IMG/VR virus record: IMGVR_UViG_3300025133_009608
Coordinates: 124,001-188,000 of that record
Direction: 5' to 3' (one strand)
Length of the DNA: 64,000 bases
Below, piece after piece: positions 18,596-28,635 of the stretch. The notes below the pieces were generated by a model, which saw only the letters and a list, made by a program, of their open reading frames with translations, made no database searches and was not told the DNA's origin. Every line of letters starts with the position of its first letter. The stretch's first letter is position 1. A program made the position numbers and the translations under genes.

Positions 18596-18820
18596 TTATT
18601 CGTTGACTACTGACGCGGAAGATAAAATTGTAATAAGAGAATCAGTGGAGTTAATTGTCATGGTCCCGCCGCTATTGTCCTCTGCGGTAACTGTCAAGAT
18701 TGATCCGCCATGAGGATCTTCCTCAATTTTAATGATTCGATTAACAGCGTAATACACAACTCTGTTTGTCGCCTCTCCGATAAGGTTTGATCTCATTGTT
18801 ACTGGTACGAATTTAGCCAT
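18596..18820 (-). CDS. hypothetical protein
   Basis: GGAG RBS; downstream of variant promoter. Confidence 0.7.
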   Translation of the reverse strand: MAKFVPVTMRSNLIGEATNRVVYYAVNRIIKIEEDPHGGSILTVTAEDNSGGTMTINSTDSLITILSSASVVNE

Positions 18821-19013
18821 TTATTATTCTCCAAAATATACGCCGCCCCTTCTTGGGCGACCCATACAGCTTAATCACATTCGGGCATGGTGCCAACGAA
18901 AAGTTTGGAGCGATCTTCTGCGCTCTCATATCCCAATAATAAATCGAGATTATTTATATCAAAATTTTATATCAAACTTTATTAATTTTTAATGACTAAA
19001 ATATGGAGACACA

Positions 19014-19358
19014 ATGCAATCAAAGCTAATGGCCGCAATTAGCCTCATAGCGCTTGGAAACATAGTAACGTGGTTATGCTCCAATTCTCAGTTTATCTCT
19101 ACCTGGTGGAAAGCTAGGCCCATCTTGGCTATATCCGTGGCCTGCTTTCCTGCTTCCCTGTGCTTTTATTACGGATGGAAGTATGCAGTAGAGACAACTG
19201 GAGAGCTATGGGCAGCAAGATTTATTGGATTCGGAACAGCGACGATAGTGTTCGCGCTGATGACTCATTTTATAATGAACGAACAGATTACATCAAAAAC
19301 AGTATTGTGTCTTTTTCTTTCTGTAGTTATAATAATGATTCAAACACTGTGGAAATGA
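19014..19358 (+). CDS. small 4-TM membrane protein (SMR/DMT-like)
   Basis: four hydrophobic helices in 114 aa; GGAG RBS. Confidence 0.7.
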   Translation: MQSKLMAAISLIALGNIVTWLCSNSQFISTWWKARPILAISVACFPASLCFYYGWKYAVETTGELWAARFIGFGTATIVFALMTHFIMNEQITSKTVLCLFLSVVIIMIQTLWK

Positions 19359-19672
19359 CTATAACATGATAGCCAATAGGAGGCAGTTAGCTCACTTCCT
19401 TTTGGAATATTCTTTATTGCCCTTAACTTTATAAACCTTCCACATTTATATGCCTCACAGTTTGGCTCATCTGAATGATTAAAGAACCCCCCTAGGGGGG
19501 TTCTAATGAAACTGTCATCAAACTCGTCATCTCTTACATGTGTTATTCCGAACTCATGCCCTGAAAGTATGTCTACTTTTGCAAACAAGCCAAGCCCCTC
19601 TATTCCTGATGTTGAGATGGTTACCTCTGAGGGCAACGGCCTATATGTTTTTTTGTCGCCTACTATAGTCAT
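19340..19672 (-). CDS. SET-domain protein (lysine methyltransferase fold)
   Basis: SGIEGLGLFA, FNHSDEPNC, AIKNIPKGSELTASY. Confidence 0.9.
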   Translation of the reverse strand: MTIVGDKKTYRPLPSEVTISTSGIEGLGLFAKVDILSGHEFGITHVRDDEFDDSFIRTPLGGFFNHSDEPNCEAYKCGRFIKLRAIKNIPKGSELTASYWLSCYSHFHSV

Positions 19673-20036
19673 CTTCTATAATCTCTACTTCAGACTGATT
19701 GTTATTTGATGATTCTATTATGACCGAATCCACAATAGCCTCCAATCTATATGGACAGCCCGATGGAACCGTAAGAACCTGTCCCTCTAATAACTCTCCA
19801 GTGTTCATATCAGAGATATCAATGGAGCGGTCATCTCCATATACTACCAGCAATCTTCCGGATAGCAGGTAAAATGTTTCATCTTTTATGGAGTATTTCT
19901 TTAGAGATGTTCGGTGGCCCTTGTTAATCTTTAAGATCTTGTTGCAAGAGTGTCCAACGCTATTCCATGGAGAAACCTCTCCCCATGGCTTTTTCTGCGT
20001 TGTTATGTCTGAAATCCAAGCTACCTTGTTTGCCAT
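19641..20036 (-). CDS. cupin-domain protein (mannose-6-P isomerase C-terminal-like)
   Basis: KPWG, KILKINKG..TSL, ETFYLLSG, VPSG..RLEA; metal-binding His residues apparently replaced. Confidence 0.75.
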   Translation of the reverse strand: MANKVAWISDITTQKKPWGEVSPWNSVGHSCNKILKINKGHRTSLKKYSIKDETFYLLSGRLLVVYGDDRSIDISDMNTGELLEGQVLTVPSGCPYRLEAIVDSVIIESSNNNQSEVEIIEDDYSRRQKNI

Positions 20037-20426
20037 CTATGCCTCCTTCCACCAGACATAGCTTTTTCTGGTCTTTAGATAATCTGGGTTGTTTTCATGT
20101 TTGTACGCTTCAATTTCAAATGGAATTTGAAAATAAGCATCCATAGGATTCATTCCGCGAAAAAGATTTCTTACCCAAAAGAATGCGTACAGTACGGGGA
20201 ATCCAACGAACAGGAGTTCTATCCACTGCTGGTAATGAATTGTTTCATGGACTTTCATCTCTGGAGGTGCAGTCTCTCTGCAGAACACTAAGAATAGAAT
20301 ACTTATTGCGCTAATTTCTATTGGAGATATTTTAGATAGCAGCCTCGGAACGAAGCTATTTTCAATAAATATAGGCTTAAAGTCTTTTATCCTTCTTAGC
20401 GGCTCTTCTTCATTCTTGACTGTCAT
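20037..20426 (-). CDS. HExxH-motif membrane-associated protein (putative metallopeptidase)
   Basis: VHETIHYQQ ... FEIEAY. Confidence 0.6.
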   Translation of the reverse strand: MTVKNEEEPLRRIKDFKPIFIENSFVPRLLSKISPIEISAISILFLVFCRETAPPEMKVHETIHYQQWIELLFVGFPVLYAFFWVRNLFRGMNPMDAYFQIPFEIEAYKHENNPDYLKTRKSYVWWKEA

Positions 20427-20934
20427 AATCTTTTAGCTCTCTATTATGAAGCGCGGGCAGAACCTCAATTCGTTGAAATTCAATCATATTCATGTATTCC
20501 TCAAATTTAGTCGCCATCCACTTTAAAGGGTCCTCTATATCCTCTCCCTTTCGATCAATAGCCTCCGCTATTATTCCATCAACAATGGCGTAGCCAAGCT
20601 CACGGCTTATGCCGTTGTCTCCGGTAGCCATGTCTGCCCGCTCGAAAACTCCATCAAAGTACTCTACGATCTCAAGATCTGGTGACTGCCAAAGATCAGT
20701 GAGATCTTCATAGTTGCCCCACTCAGACATGAGGACGAAATTCTCAATAGCAAAATTCTTCCAGAATGCTTTTGACTCCTCTTCATTGGCATCCTCCGGG
20801 AGTCTATCACTGACGTCTTCCGAATACCCCTCTGAGCTTGCTACGTCCTCGATAACCCGGTCGAGAGTACTCGACTCTTCTACCAGACCTCTTTCGTCTA
20901 ATTCATTCGCTATCTTAATTAATTCTTTTAACAT
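20410..20934 (-). CDS. acidic protein with N-terminal two-helix module
   Basis: MLKELIKIANELDERGLVEESSTLD. Confidence 0.8.
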   Translation of the reverse strand: MLKELIKIANELDERGLVEESSTLDRVIEDVASSEGYSEDVSDRLPEDANEEESKAFWKNFAIENFVLMSEWGNYEDLTDLWQSPDLEIVEYFDGVFERADMATGDNGISRELGYAIVDGIIAEAIDRKGEDIEDPLKWMATKFEEYMNMIEFQRIEVLPALHNRELKDYDSQE

Positions 20935-20940
20935 TTAAAA

Positions 20941-22134
20941 CTATGCCTCACCAAAATAAAGGTTATTACCATACCCTGTATGACCTGCCGGGAGAGAGTC
21001 CTCAAAAACAAACCCCATTCCTTCCAGTTTGTCTATAACCTTATCCCTCATTCCAGCGCCAAAGTCACCATTGGCATATATGTGCAAAAGAGCGGTGCCA
21101 TCAGTAATCGAGGTAGCCTTAACGTCGATCTCGCTGCCATAATGTTTAATCATTGATTTAACTTGATACTCAATACTGCGGGCTTCCGCAGCCATGTCAT
21201 TTGATTTTGATTGAAAAATACTTGCATTTCGACGGCTCTCAAAGTATCCTGCGGCGCTTACCCCGCCCTCCGTTGGAGGCTCTGATGACTCGGCTTCTAA
21301 AATCAACTCATTCAAAGCGTTGTACAAATACTCAATAACCTCGCTTTTGTTCGAGGCATTTTTATAATTAGATTCACGGTAAGAAAAAATCTCTAAGAAG
21401 CTATTTATTGACTGAGCAACACTGTCCCTCCTTCTCTCAGGAGACTCGTCACCGCCGTAGCGCCAAGGGCCATTCTTTGCGTTCTCGAGTTCGGCCACTA
21501 CAGAATTTTCTGTATTATTAAAATCTATCTCTACCCTTCCTTGCTCGTCTAGTGCGGCCTCTCCCTCTGCATCATGAACAAGCCAGTCTCCCCAATCACC
21601 GTACCGTATAGCGGCTTTTTTTAATAATTCCATATCTGAAGCAATATTATCCAAATCATCAGCCTCTTTAACGAGGCCTCTTTCGTCTAATTCATTTGCT
21701 ATCTTAATTAATTCTTTAATCATATTATATCCTTTCCTGTCAAATAAGCTTAGTTGCCTTTCTCCGTAATCCATATTACTCCGAAACGGAGAGGGGGCAA
21801 TAGATGGCCCTTCGCTTGTAATCAACTGAGTCACGGACCGCTCAGGTGGGGATGATAGCCCCTTCCACTCATTAAAATATCTCAAATACTCTCTTGGGTA
21901 ATCTCTTAATCGCCTATTTACATTTTGCATCTGTATCGCGGGAGTTAGCCTTGGGTCAATTTGACCCAAAGAAACAAGCTTTCTCTTTAGCCATACCCGA
22001 AAGACCTGAGGGAATTTTATCTTAGCAGATCCGGATGCAGTCAGAAGAAGAACAGTGGAGGCCTCAGGGAACAGTCCCTTGCCCTCCAAGTTCGTCGCCA
22101 ACGCCCGCAGGGATTTCAAAATATTATCGCGCAT
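20941..22134 (-). CDS. protein with degenerate N-terminal module and a canonical internal module (internal start at 21723)
   Basis: MRDNILKSLRALATNLEGKGL...; internal MIKELIKIANELDERGLVKEADDLD preceded by AGGAAAGGA RBS. Confidence 0.75.
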   Translation of the reverse strand: MRDNILKSLRALATNLEGKGLFPEASTVLLLTASGSAKIKFPQVFRVWLKRKLVSLGQIDPRLTPAIQMQNVNRRLRDYPREYLRYFNEWKGLSSPPERSVTQLITSEGPSIAPSPFRSNMDYGERQLSLFDRKGYNMIKELIKIANELDERGLVKEADDLDNIASDMELLKKAAIRYGDWGDWLVHDAEGEAALDEQGRVEIDFNNTENSVVAELENAKNGPWRYGGDESPERRRDSVAQSINSFLEIFSYRESNYKNASNKSEVIEYLYNALNELILEAESSEPPTEGGVSAAGYFESRRNASIFQSKSNDMAAEARSIEYQVKSMIKHYGSEIDVKATSITDGTALLHIYANGDFGAGMRDKVIDKLEGMGFVFEDSLPAGHTGYGNNLYFGEA

Positions 22135-22200
22135 AGTTTAACCAAATTAACTCAACCAAGTCCTAATTATTCATAGAAGATTTATTGGTTTTTGTTTTTG

Positions 22201-22779
22201 TCATCGCGATTTATTTTTTGACCCAACGGCCTTGCAGAATAATCCGCTTACTCTTTTCGATGCAAAGTTAGTTATTTTATGTTGTTTGTTCTTTCGATTT
22301 TTATTTTTATCATTCAGTAGCTCGTATAGTTTCCCCGGAGGCATTTCGCGGCAATCATACAATCCAAATGTATCCCAACTTACAACCCCAGAAGCCTCAA
22401 GAGCATACGCCACCCACTCACTGCAATACCACTTCTTCGTTCTCTTTACTTTGAACTTAGTGATGTGAGACAGAACCATTCCAACCCAGTCGTAACCTTG
22501 AGCTTCGGTCGCATAAAAGAACTTCATTATATTATGAAACTGCTGCTCGCTAATAGTGAGATCTATAAAGTCCCAATCTCTAAGCTCCTTAGCGCCCTTT
22601 GTCGTCGGCCTTAGGCGCACATCACTATAAAACGGCGGACGAATACCAATCCAGCTTCCATCCGGTAGCACCAACTCAGTGTGACTATACTTGCTCTTTG
22701 TGTATTTTCTTATAAACTTATCTCGAAGCAATCCAGATCCCTTATAAAATGCTATCCTTATTTTTCTATCGGTACTCAA
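22201..22779 (-). CDS. permuted papain-like (NlpC/P60, YiiX/YebB-type) amidase
   Basis: YSHTELV (His) precedes GYDW and KWYCSEWVA (Cys). Confidence 0.8.
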   Translation of the reverse strand: MSTDRKIRIAFYKGSGLLRDKFIRKYTKSKYSHTELVLPDGSWIGIRPPFYSDVRLRPTTKGAKELRDWDFIDLTISEQQFHNIMKFFYATEAQGYDWVGMVLSHITKFKVKRTKKWYCSEWVAYALEASGVVSWDTFGLYDCREMPPGKLYELLNDKNKNRKNKQHKITNFASKRVSGLFCKAVGSKNKSR

Positions 22780-22835
22780 TATAACTCCGGGTTGGTTTGT
22801 TCTTTATGTTGTTTGTTCTTTCGATTTTTATTTTT
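22276..22835. repeat. 33-bp perfect direct repeat flanking most of the amidase gene
   Basis: TTTATGTTGTTTGTTCTTTCGATTTTTATTTTT at 22276-22308 and 22803-22835. Confidence 0.9.
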
Positions 22836-22898
22836 GCTCGCGTAGTCTGCAGAGTCTTGCACTATAACTATAATATTACTGCATTTCTTTGAGATATC

Positions 22899-25688
22899 TT
22901 AACTTCCCTCTCGGATTGCCCTAACTGCCCATAAGATTAAGTTGCCGAACTCCCTCTTCTCTCGAGATAGCACCTTTGAATCCCGGAATACTACATCTAT
23001 CGCCTGAGACTCATTAAATAATCTTTCTAGCTCCGGAATTAATGGTGCGCCAGATATACCTGTTGACCCTGCATAGTGAATCCAATCTCTCGCTGATATT
23101 GGAGAAGTATTTCTAGAGATATCATTTCTATCTTTTACGGTTACTTTCTTCATCTCCTCTTTGTAAAAGGATATAGTCCTTGGGTTATGCGCCTTGATTA
23201 GATAAAGATTATGCACCATATCTTTCTTAAGATCCCCTGCGCCCCGAGGTGTTAGAGGATCTTCGGCCAAAGAGTTTGTCGAACTTGGGGCGCTCGATTC
23301 TTCTAACTCTAACTTCTTTAGATCTGCTCCGCTTGTGTACCCTTTAAGCTCTTTGTCTGCCATCCTAAAGTTGTCTATTAGCTTGTCCGAAATATTATTT
23401 CTTAGGGGACTCGCTTCGTTTAAATAGCCAAGTATTGATCGATCCAGCCTTCTCTTGTAAATGGTTTTGAATCTTCCATAAGTTCCATCTTTTCTGCGAA
23501 TAGCTCCCTCTGTTCTGTTTTCTCTTTCGAACCCATCCCTTAGTCTTTCATAATCTAGTTTTTCCAAAACTGAAGATATCAAGGTTTCTCTTAGTTCTCT
23601 CTTTCGGGGAGAGTCCTTCATATTGGAATATGCCTCCGCCATCCTATCTAGTTCGACCTCATTCGAAGCTCTTGAGGTTGCCAAAAGATTGCTTAACTCC
23701 TCCTCTGTAAACCTCTCTGGGAAAATTTTAGCCAGTTGGATCAACCTATAGTTTCCTTTAAATATTCCTGCGTAATCATATAGCTCTTTAAATAATTCAT
23801 CACTCACGTTTGATGGATCGAATCTATTATGAAGAACCTCTCCGTTTATCTTGGTGATTAAAGAGCTCTTAATATTATTAAGAGCATCCCTGATCTGCTC
23901 TTCCTTTGTCGTATGAAGTACAGAATACCTTTTTCTATCTCCCGATGCGAATTCTAATAAATCTTCTCCTTCGGAAGTTAAAGCCTTGTTTGCCCCGAAG
24001 TCATCTTCTTCAATTTTGAACCCACATTCGTTTTTTTTAATATCATATTCTGAAGCTAATTCGTAACTATAGTCACCAACCCTCCAGATGAATTCATGTA
24101 GCTCCTCGCGCCAGTAGTTTGATTCATATTTTATCCACTGTTCTGCCTCATCTCTTGAATAAAATATAATTCCATTACCTCCGAGGTGCGGTGTGGTTAT
24201 TTTATCTCCGTAATAATCATCGTCGCCATCTGTGAAAATCTCACTATGCTCGTTGTAGAGATCATCTATAACTGTATATGTATCTTCTTTCTCTATCATC
24301 TCGGGATTTAAAACTATTTTAGATAGTCCAGATATCGTTCCTCCTGCCCCCGATGTTTCGTCTATTGTGTGAATCTTGGAGTCATCATCGAAAGTATCCG
24401 AATAACCGCCGCCTCTTAAGAAGTATGTCCCGAGCGGAAGCTTTCCCTGCTTGCTATCGAGCCATTCCTGCACTATCCTTTCGAATCCTGGATACTCTGT
24501 GCCATCAGAATATAATTCATCTTCCATTATGGCAACGGCTTCTTTTGTTCTTGCGGAATCAAATCTTCTTATTCTATATCTGGCTAACGGGTTCTCTACT
24601 TCTTTATCTTCTTTGTTAATTAGATATGCAATAAAGCCGCCCTCTCTTATCTCACAATATACTCCCCGGCTAAAGCCTCCCCCGTCCAGATTCATGCAGG
24701 AGGTCCATCTCTTGCCCGTGGACATCCCCGCTATATCCGTTGGGTCTTTAGATATAACAACTAAATAATCTTTATTGGCTAAGTTTCCTCTTATGGGAGA
24801 ATTTAAATAATCACTCATTGTAGTTTTAACTTCATAAACTACATTATTAATGTTTACAATTAATGAATACTTATCAAGTCCTTCCTCGCGAATTAGTTTA
24901 TTATCTTCTATTGCGGCCCCCAGTTGGTCCTCGGGGCCGCCGAGCACTCTTCTTATGTAGGCGTCCAGGAAAAAAGAAACAAAAGCCTCCTGAGACATCG
25001 AGGGCTCGGTGGCGGGGGTTCTCCATGATGCCGGGTCATTATATATCCCTGCGGCTATTTCTTTTATTCTATCTTCGTTTCCGTTCTTTTTAAATTCATT
25101 CAAGAATCTTCTATAAATATCATCCAAAGATATCCCCAAGGGGTTTCCCTGTTCGGTCATGGTTCTTTGCAGATTGTTGTATGTCTCTTTTAATAAAGAT
25201 AAATGTTTATTTCTAATTCCCTTATCCCCCCATTGATTTGAAATGGTGGACACAAAGTTTCTTTTATCTTCCGTTAAAGAGCCGCTGTGCTGGGCGTGAA
25301 GCTCTTCTAACTCTTTCCTTAGGACTTGATAGAAGAACTTTTCTCCGAGGCGTCTGCCGGAGCTCAGACGTCCGTAAAGCAGGGATGCTTCATCGGATGA
25401 CTCTCCGGTATAGGCATCTATCCAACCAAGGATAGTTTTAAACTCTTCTCTTAGGGATTTTTCTTTTTCTTCATCCGTTGAGCTATCTTCTTCATATTGC
25501 AGATATATTCTTTCTTTTCCATCGAACCATTTTGCAAACGGATCCTCTCTATCTCTACCTGCCGCATCTATTTTTTCCCTATGGTCTTCTATTCCTGCGT
25601 AGGAGAAAAGACCATAAGCCGCAGAAGAGGCAACAAATAATCCTTTAGAGTCAAGGTATTTAATTAATGTTCTTGCGGCTTTATTCAT
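22899..25688 (-). CDS. large (929 aa) hypothetical protein, degenerate module at N-terminus
   Basis: long ORF; TLIKYLDSKGL; central SKDPTDIAGMSTGKRWTSCM segment. Confidence 0.85.
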   Translation of the reverse strand: MNKAARTLIKYLDSKGLFVASSAAYGLFSYAGIEDHREKIDAAGRDREDPFAKWFDGKERIYLQYEEDSSTDEEKEKSLREEFKTILGWIDAYTGESSDEASLLYGRLSSGRRLGEKFFYQVLRKELEELHAQHSGSLTEDKRNFVSTISNQWGDKGIRNKHLSLLKETYNNLQRTMTEQGNPLGISLDDIYRRFLNEFKKNGNEDRIKEIAAGIYNDPASWRTPATEPSMSQEAFVSFFLDAYIRRVLGGPEDQLGAAIEDNKLIREEGLDKYSLIVNINNVVYEVKTTMSDYLNSPIRGNLANKDYLVVISKDPTDIAGMSTGKRWTSCMNLDGGGFSRGVYCEIREGGFIAYLINKEDKEVENPLARYRIRRFDSARTKEAVAIMEDELYSDGTEYPGFERIVQEWLDSKQGKLPLGTYFLRGGGYSDTFDDDSKIHTIDETSGAGGTISGLSKIVLNPEMIEKEDTYTVIDDLYNEHSEIFTDGDDDYYGDKITTPHLGGNGIIFYSRDEAEQWIKYESNYWREELHEFIWRVGDYSYELASEYDIKKNECGFKIEEDDFGANKALTSEGEDLLEFASGDRKRYSVLHTTKEEQIRDALNNIKSSLITKINGEVLHNRFDPSNVSDELFKELYDYAGIFKGNYRLIQLAKIFPERFTEEELSNLLATSRASNEVELDRMAEAYSNMKDSPRKRELRETLISSVLEKLDYERLRDGFERENRTEGAIRRKDGTYGRFKTIYKRRLDRSILGYLNEASPLRNNISDKLIDNFRMADKELKGYTSGADLKKLELEESSAPSSTNSLAEDPLTPRGAGDLKKDMVHNLYLIKAHNPRTISFYKEEMKKVTVKDRNDISRNTSPISARDWIHYAGSTGISGAPLIPELERLFNESQAIDVVFRDSKVLSREKREFGNLILWAVRAIREGS

Positions 25689-27180
25689 CTAACAGCTCCT
25701 CGTGCGAAATGCTCCACTCATTTCGATGCTCCATTTTAATATCATTAATTATAGCGGTCGAGACTTTCACCTCGCCTTCTTCCTCCGGGTTTCCGGATAT
25801 TATATCTTCCGGTTTATACTTTAACTTAAGGATGGCCTCCTCGGAATCCGTAAGTCCTGAGTAATAATCAACCACAAACTCCTCTGAGGTTCCAATATAG
25901 ACCCCGTTCGGGTGTGAAATCATATTATCATTCCTGCCACCACTGTATGGGTATCGTATCTCGGGATTCTGCAAGGAGAATAATCCACGCTTATCCCTTC
26001 CGACTATCTTATACCCAGTTAGAAAACTATCCTTATATCTCTCCCTTCTTTCGCGAGTGACGTCATAAGAGTCTTTAGCGGCAGATAATAGCTGCTCGTC
26101 TGTAATGCCCTCCTTTAAATATCCATTTGAATATCCATAACTTTTAGCTAAGTGCCTTAACCTTAGCGCAAGCCCAGTGGCTCCACTATCATGAGCGTCT
26201 TCATATAAATAGCTCCTACCTCTATGCTCCGATTGCCCCATAAGGTATTCAAAGTGCATCTTTGAAAATTCTAACATTAATTCATTCAAGTCTCTGGATT
26301 GATGCTGGTGTTCCACATCAGAGCCTCCCGTGTTGCTCTCCCCTTGAAATCCCACTTCTGCCATCATGCTTCCAAGCTCTTCTTCTGCCTCTGCATATTC
26401 AACATCCAACGCCTCTGCGTTTGGCGAGCCGTCCTCGTAAGCATCCATTGATAGTTGATTTAGTTCTTCGAGCCTATGGATTCTACTTCTGATGTCTGCT
26501 GAGAGTCCGAATAAGTTGTATAAACTTTCGGGAGTATCCGCCCTAGACTCGTCCCCATACTCAAGAGATGCCGCCCTCCATAGTGCTGCCACCTTTAGCT
26601 CTCTGCGGTGCGGTCGGCACAATACCTTTTTCTGCTCCACGGTATGATGATGATTATCATCACCAAATGCACTAACACCAGAGGGTTCCGAAATAATCTT
26701 AATTGATTGATTTTCATTAAAACAATGAGATGATAGCTTCATAAAATACTTTATTGAAGCTTCTCTGTTGCTTTTGTCTTGAGGGTCATATGATATCCAT
26801 AGCGAATCAAACTCTGGGCCACTAGATGCTTCTTTGTCCGCTTCTTCCATCGACTCGGGAGTGTTCCTTAGGACCGCCTCCGCTTCATCTAATTCTATAA
26901 TCTTTGGGCCAATTAGATTTACGTCCCCGTCCCAAGTAACTTCCTCTACGAAGCCTTTGCTTGGGACTGTATCCGTTCGAAACATTACAGCTACGATGTC
27001 ATCGCTATCTATATGGGTATGTTGCACTTGCGGAAGATAAACCCCCCAGACTCCGGACACTGCAAAGTTAGAGTACCCACGCTCAACGGACAGCCTTCTT
27101 TCCGATACAATCTTCTTTGCAATTTCTCTATCAGCAAAGTGAATAAAGAAATCATTTTCTACTTTCTTTTCTACTCTCAC
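25681..27180 (-). CDS. multi-domain acidic hypothetical protein (499 aa)
   Basis: long ORF overlapping the downstream gene. Confidence 0.8.
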   Translation of the reverse strand: MRVEKKVENDFFIHFADREIAKKIVSERRLSVERGYSNFAVSGVWGVYLPQVQHTHIDSDDIVAVMFRTDTVPSKGFVEEVTWDGDVNLIGPKIIELDEAEAVLRNTPESMEEADKEASSGPEFDSLWISYDPQDKSNREASIKYFMKLSSHCFNENQSIKIISEPSGVSAFGDDNHHHTVEQKKVLCRPHRRELKVAALWRAASLEYGDESRADTPESLYNLFGLSADIRSRIHRLEELNQLSMDAYEDGSPNAEALDVEYAEAEEELGSMMAEVGFQGESNTGGSDVEHQHQSRDLNELMLEFSKMHFEYLMGQSEHRGRSYLYEDAHDSGATGLALRLRHLAKSYGYSNGYLKEGITDEQLLSAAKDSYDVTRERRERYKDSFLTGYKIVGRDKRGLFSLQNPEIRYPYSGGRNDNMISHPNGVYIGTSEEFVVDYYSGLTDSEEAILKLKYKPEDIISGNPEEEGEVKVSTAIINDIKMEHRNEWSISHEELLDE

Positions 27181-27340
27181 TGTTATTTATCCTAATAATA
27201 TTCAAATTAACTGTCCGAACCGCGAACTGAACCGACCACGTTATTAATAACAAAATTAGTAGTGGCGCTACCAAGAGATACGTCATGGGAATCATTATAG
27301 AATCGAATATATCATCCCATAGCGTTGAGAACTTACTCAT
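27152..27340 (-). CDS. small membrane protein
   Basis: single TM helix. Confidence 0.55.
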   Translation of the reverse strand: MSKFSTLWDDIFDSIMIPMTYLLVAPLLILLLITWSVQFAVRTVNLNIIRINNSESRKESRK

Positions 27341-27342
27341 AC

Positions 27343-27585
27343 TTAGCGCCTCTGAAGATCGGTTACGGTCATTACTCCCCAGTTATAATCGCTTCGAACG
27401 GAACCCTCCAGCCCCAACTCTTCCAGGGCGGCAAAAACCTCTCTCTGCATATCAATCGATTTACCTGTTATTACCTCGAACGGCAAAGCCCAATCGTTCT
27501 TCAAGAGAAACGACTCTATAGCCTTATAGACATCGCAGTGACGAACCCCGTGAAGATCTACGGAAGATGGCCTACCATTCCCCAT
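27343..27585 (-). CDS. stand-alone Smr-like domain protein
   Basis: VDLHGV ... VITGKS. Confidence 0.7.
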   Translation of the reverse strand: MGNGRPSSVDLHGVRHCDVYKAIESFLLKNDWALPFEVITGKSIDMQREVFAALEELGLEGSVRSDYNWGVMTVTDLQRR

Positions 27586-27982
27586 AGATCCTATTATCAG
27601 ATCCTTCTATTGGCATCCCATGATCCCAAGCGGCATGTGGAATATCCGCTCCGAGTCTTTCATTGTGCCTTTCGTTATCCTCCGGGGTGACAATCCAGCA
27701 GTTTAATGTGTTATCCACACCCATAGCATGATAGATGACCAGCCCATCTTCTTTCTCGGCCTTTATCTCGACCAGCTCTCCGAGAGCATCACGGCTATCT
27801 TTATTAATTTTATTGAAGAACTTTTCTACGGCGCTTCGTATCTCCGGGGACATTTCTTTTTCTCTTTTAAAGAAGTCGAACATACCAGCGCAATTTATAA
27901 TGATATTATCTATTTCATTTGCACCAGACTCAAGTCCCAGCTTATCTAGCTCATTTGCCAACCTAATTAGCTTGTCTAACAT
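27572..27982 (-). CDS. protein with N-terminal two-helix module
   Basis: MLDKLIRLANELDKLGLESGANEID. Confidence 0.8.
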   Translation of the reverse strand: MLDKLIRLANELDKLGLESGANEIDNIIINCAGMFDFFKREKEMSPEIRSAVEKFFNKINKDSRDALGELVEIKAEKEDGLVIYHAMGVDNTLNCWIVTPEDNERHNERLGADIPHAAWDHGMPIEGSDNRIYGEW

Positions 27983-27993
27983 ATTATTATCCT

Positions 27994-28623
27994 CTAGGAG
28001 ATTTCATCCATTATTTGCTCAACGACAGTATCGATATCCATATCTTTATCCCCTGTCTCTACGTCATCAGTCAGAGCGGCAGTAATCAGGTCAGAAAAAT
28101 AACTTGTTGCATCATACTCCTCAAACTGCTGAGGATCAGTGGCTCCGTTATCAAATACAAAGTTGAGCCGGTCACCATCCAAATAGATTACCTCTTCTTT
28201 CCCGTCCCACAAGTCCCATGGAGTCTCGGTTCTAGCGTGCCAAAACAAGCTCTCAATTAGCTCCGAAGCCTCAGGGCCAGCGCCAAGCTCTATTACTGCA
28301 TTCTTTTTTCTTTCTTCCAATGTAATTGACTCTTCATCATCTGGGCTATGCGGTTCTTCTTCGGTTCCCGCCATGATCTTTGCCGTTGCGATAGCATCCT
28401 CCTTATCTCCTGTGTGATAATGGTCATCGGTTCCAATTGAATCCGGAGGAATAACGCGGTACTCTTTCCATTCGGCGTTATAATAAACTTCCGCGCCTCC
28501 CACTGACAATACAAGGTCTTGAGAGTCGGACGCAAGCCTGACAACTCGGTCCAAAGCATCAGCCTCTTTTACAAGACCTCTTCCGTCCAATGTGTTTGCA
28601 ATTTTAATTAGTTCTTTTATCAT
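27994..28623 (-). CDS. acidic protein with N-terminal two-helix module
   Basis: MIKELIKIANTLDGRGLVKEADALD. Confidence 0.85.
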   Translation of the reverse strand: MIKELIKIANTLDGRGLVKEADALDRVVRLASDSQDLVLSVGGAEVYYNAEWKEYRVIPPDSIGTDDHYHTGDKEDAIATAKIMAGTEEEPHSPDDEESITLEERKKNAVIELGAGPEASELIESLFWHARTETPWDLWDGKEEVIYLDGDRLNFVFDNGATDPQQFEEYDATSYFSDLITAALTDDVETGDKDMDIDTVVEQIMDEIS

Positions 28624-28635
28624 TTTAGTTCTCCA

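Noticed and set aside
27711-27719. Perfect DnaA box TTATCCACA
   Set aside because: Single copy inside a coding sequence; expected by chance.
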